64,000 nt of DNA from an uncultured Clostridia bacterium (GTDB taxonomy: Bacteria; Bacillota; Clostridia; Christensenellales; DTU072). Under the pieces are notes generated by a model, which ran no database searches, was not told the DNA's origin, and worked only from the letters and a program-made list of their open reading frames with translations. The translations under genes and the position numbers were made by a program. Within the stretch, counting starts at the first letter, position 1. Each line of letters opens with the position of its first letter. The DNA lies in the NCBI GenBank assembly GCA_946621465.1, contig CAMOOO010000003.1, positions 119,389 through 183,388 of the forward strand, read 5' to 3'. Below, one piece after another: positions 62,333 to 64,000 of the stretch.

Positions 62333-63861
62333 GCAATTGAACCGAAATGGAAACCGGTGGACGCCTTATAGTCGTAGGGTGCTTCCGGGTAGGTCACGTA
62401 GGGGTTTTCTACGTGTTTAACGTCGTCTTTGACGCAGAAATAATCGTGAGAGAGATATTCGACGTTGGCGTGCTGGGACAAATCGTTCCCCCACGTAGTG
62501 TCGATCAGGTACCAGTTGGTGCCGATTTTGGCTTTGTTCCAGGCGTGGCCCTGGTCATTGACGGTCCCGGAGATCTTTATACAGGGGATACCCTCGATCG
62601 TCGCCATGCACATATAGGCTTTGCTCAGTCCGTCGCAAATGGCGACTCTTTTTCTTTCGTCAATGGTCTTATTGTTTTGTACGCCGAAGACCCCTTCCAG
62701 ATAGAGACATTTATAGCGGAATAATTTTTGAGAGTCCTCTTTATTCATCAGTTCATCGGTGAACGTATAGTCGTAGATAACGGTGTTTACGATATAGTCG
62801 TAGATGTAGTGGAGCTTATTGTAAACGGAGTCGTTATCGGTGTTGATGGTGGCAAGGATTGAGCGCATTTTGGTGTAAATGAGGTCGGCGTTGCTTCCGG
62901 CTACGGGTACCGGTCGGTATCCTTTTTTGAGTGCAAAGTACAGCTGATCGCTCGTGGATACCGATATGGTTTTTTCCACCTGGTCTATGGGGAAGGAACG
63001 GGTATTGATCACGCCCGTCGTATAATGCGCCCGATCGGTCGGCTTGGTGCTGTTGACGTATTTTTCCGCCGTGTCCGTCTCCAGGTCCGGGGTATTCAGA
63101 TAGTAGAATTTAATATACAGTTTGGTCGTCCTTTGATCGTCTTCCAAAGAAAAAGAATAGGCGTAGGAAGCGGAATCCTCGTAAGCGTCAATTGCGCTAT
63201 ACACTTCGTTTTCCAAACACTCTTCGGTGGAAAGGCCGTCGTATTCGGCAAAGCTGGTGAAGTCGTAGGACATAAGACAGGTCGTTTCGATAAGGTAGGT
63301 GGTCTCTCCGTCTTCCGTCTCCGTTTTGGCGTCGTCGCGGAAAACAATCAGGTAGCTGAAGAAGTCGAACCACTCCGCGCGAGTAGCTATATAGCGATCG
63401 ATTTCCGAAAAGCCGGCGTTGACCGTTACGGTATAGGTATTATATTGATCTTTGGTTATGGGAGAATAATCGTAGGTAAAATGAGTGGTGGTGAGACTTT
63501 TCATTTTAGCAAGGTCCAGATGCAGATTATCACCATAACCGTACCCGGCGCTCGTCAGGTCTATATAGCCTTCTTCTTCGGGCGTCAGCTCCGTTGCAAT
63601 ACCGTCCTTTACCACCGTCAAAAGGTAGTCGGAAGAGGAATTGCTGTCCCAGATTGCGAGCATTCTGCCGTCGCGGAAGGTGACGGAAAGGTCGTTCTGA
63701 TTGCCGTATACGATGATTCTGTTTTCGGAAAGACGGTCGGAAAAATTAAAGATAAGTCCGCCCACAGTGCTTAAGAAAGTGAGGCAGGACGTTGCAATAA
63801 GACAGAAAACAACAGATAAAGACAACAAGAGGACGAAATTTTTATTAATTCTCTTTCTCAC
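62329..63861 (-). CDS. Secreted/anchored transglutaminase-like domain protein, paralog of the C-terminal part of the 31075 gene
   Basis: GTG start after ggagg. N-terminal hydrophobic FVLLLSLSVVFCLIATSCL. Core CDGLSKAYMCMATIEGIPC...GHAWNKA...LIDTTWGND. Confidence 0.75.
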   Translation of the reverse strand: MRKRINKNFVLLLSLSVVFCLIATSCLTFLSTVGGLIFNFSDRLSENRIIVYGNQNDLSVTFRDGRMLAIWDSNSSSDYLLTVVKDGIATELTPEEEGYIDLTSAGYGYGDNLHLDLAKMKSLTTTHFTYDYSPITKDQYNTYTVTVNAGFSEIDRYIATRAEWFDFFSYLIVFRDDAKTETEDGETTYLIETTCLMSYDFTSFAEYDGLSTEECLENEVYSAIDAYEDSASYAYSFSLEDDQRTTKLYIKFYYLNTPDLETDTAEKYVNSTKPTDRAHYTTGVINTRSFPIDQVEKTISVSTSDQLYFALKKGYRPVPVAGSNADLIYTKMRSILATINTDNDSVYNKLHYIYDYIVNTVIYDYTFTDELMNKEDSQKLFRYKCLYLEGVFGVQNNKTIDERKRVAICDGLSKAYMCMATIEGIPCIKISGTVNDQGHAWNKAKIGTNWYLIDTTWGNDLSQHANVEYLSHDYFCVKDDVKHVENPYVTYPEAPYDYKASTGFHFGSIA

Positions 63862-63950
63862 TGCAACCTCCGAACCCTACGTTATATCATGCAACAAAAG
63901 TCTTAAACTATTTTTAAATATATGTATTTTTTTTAAATTAGAATAATAAT

Positions 63951-63981
63951 AAAAGCGCGCCGTAAATAGCGCGCTTTTTTA
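63951..63981. terminator. Hairpin terminator at the window edge
   Basis: aaaagcgcgc / gcgcgctttt with T-runs in both orientations. It probably ends a gene lying beyond the 3' edge of the window. Confidence 0.6.
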
Positions 63982-64000
63982 TCAACTTTTTTCTTTTTCT

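Noticed and set aside
1-64000. CRISPR arrays, rRNA genes, transposases/IS elements, prophage or toxin-antitoxin modules
   Set aside because: A scan of ORF translations and intergenic regions showed no direct-repeat/spacer arrays, no DDE/serine/tyrosine recombinase motifs, no phage structural genes and no rRNA-like sequence. The only RNA gene found is tRNA-Gln.

Overview
This is a chromosomal segment from a Gram-positive, Clostridia-like anaerobe. That placement is inferred from rpmH-rnpA-yidD-yidC-jag-mnmE synteny, AddAB, AGGAGG-type ribosome-binding sites, TGn-extended -10 promoters, and surface proteins built from Listeria-Bacteroides repeats, MBG repeats and BspA-type LRRs. Recognisable content: a 5'-truncated giant surface protein; an AMP-forming acyl-CoA synthetase behind a structured leader; the origin-proximal housekeeping cluster (mnmE to rpmH), but without dnaA or mnmG; addB/addA; glnS plus a tRNA-Gln(CUG); an ACP, transglutaminase-like lipoprotein, DUF3267-like and GH27 operon; a Gfo/Idh/MocA x2 + ThuA + TIM-barrel sugar-oxidation operon; mutY; two metallophosphoesterases (one 1386 aa with two catalytic domains); pncB-galK divergent from galT; a second large MBG/LRR lipoprotein; and esterase/glycosidase genes. 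No CRISPR array, rRNA, transposase, integrase or phage genes were seen. The stand-out is 22.3-30.8 kb. It is a promoter-to-terminator array of ten same-strand genes with no family I can recognise. Seven are paralogous 4-TM membrane proteins with shuffled low-complexity cytoplasmic N-termini. They are interleaved with three soluble mini-proteins that carry the same N-terminal modules: a CxxC-x10-CxxC zinc ribbon in two proteins, and a ~20-aa 'QPxxxVPYxxQxQPxxxY' motif in four. Secondary leads are a Val-rich leaderless mini-ORF/attenuator ahead of the acyl-CoA synthetase, several apparently leaderless mRNAs, and tandem Cys3/His mini-modules in the giant surface protein. All calls come from reading the sequence and ORF translations by eye; no database search was run.
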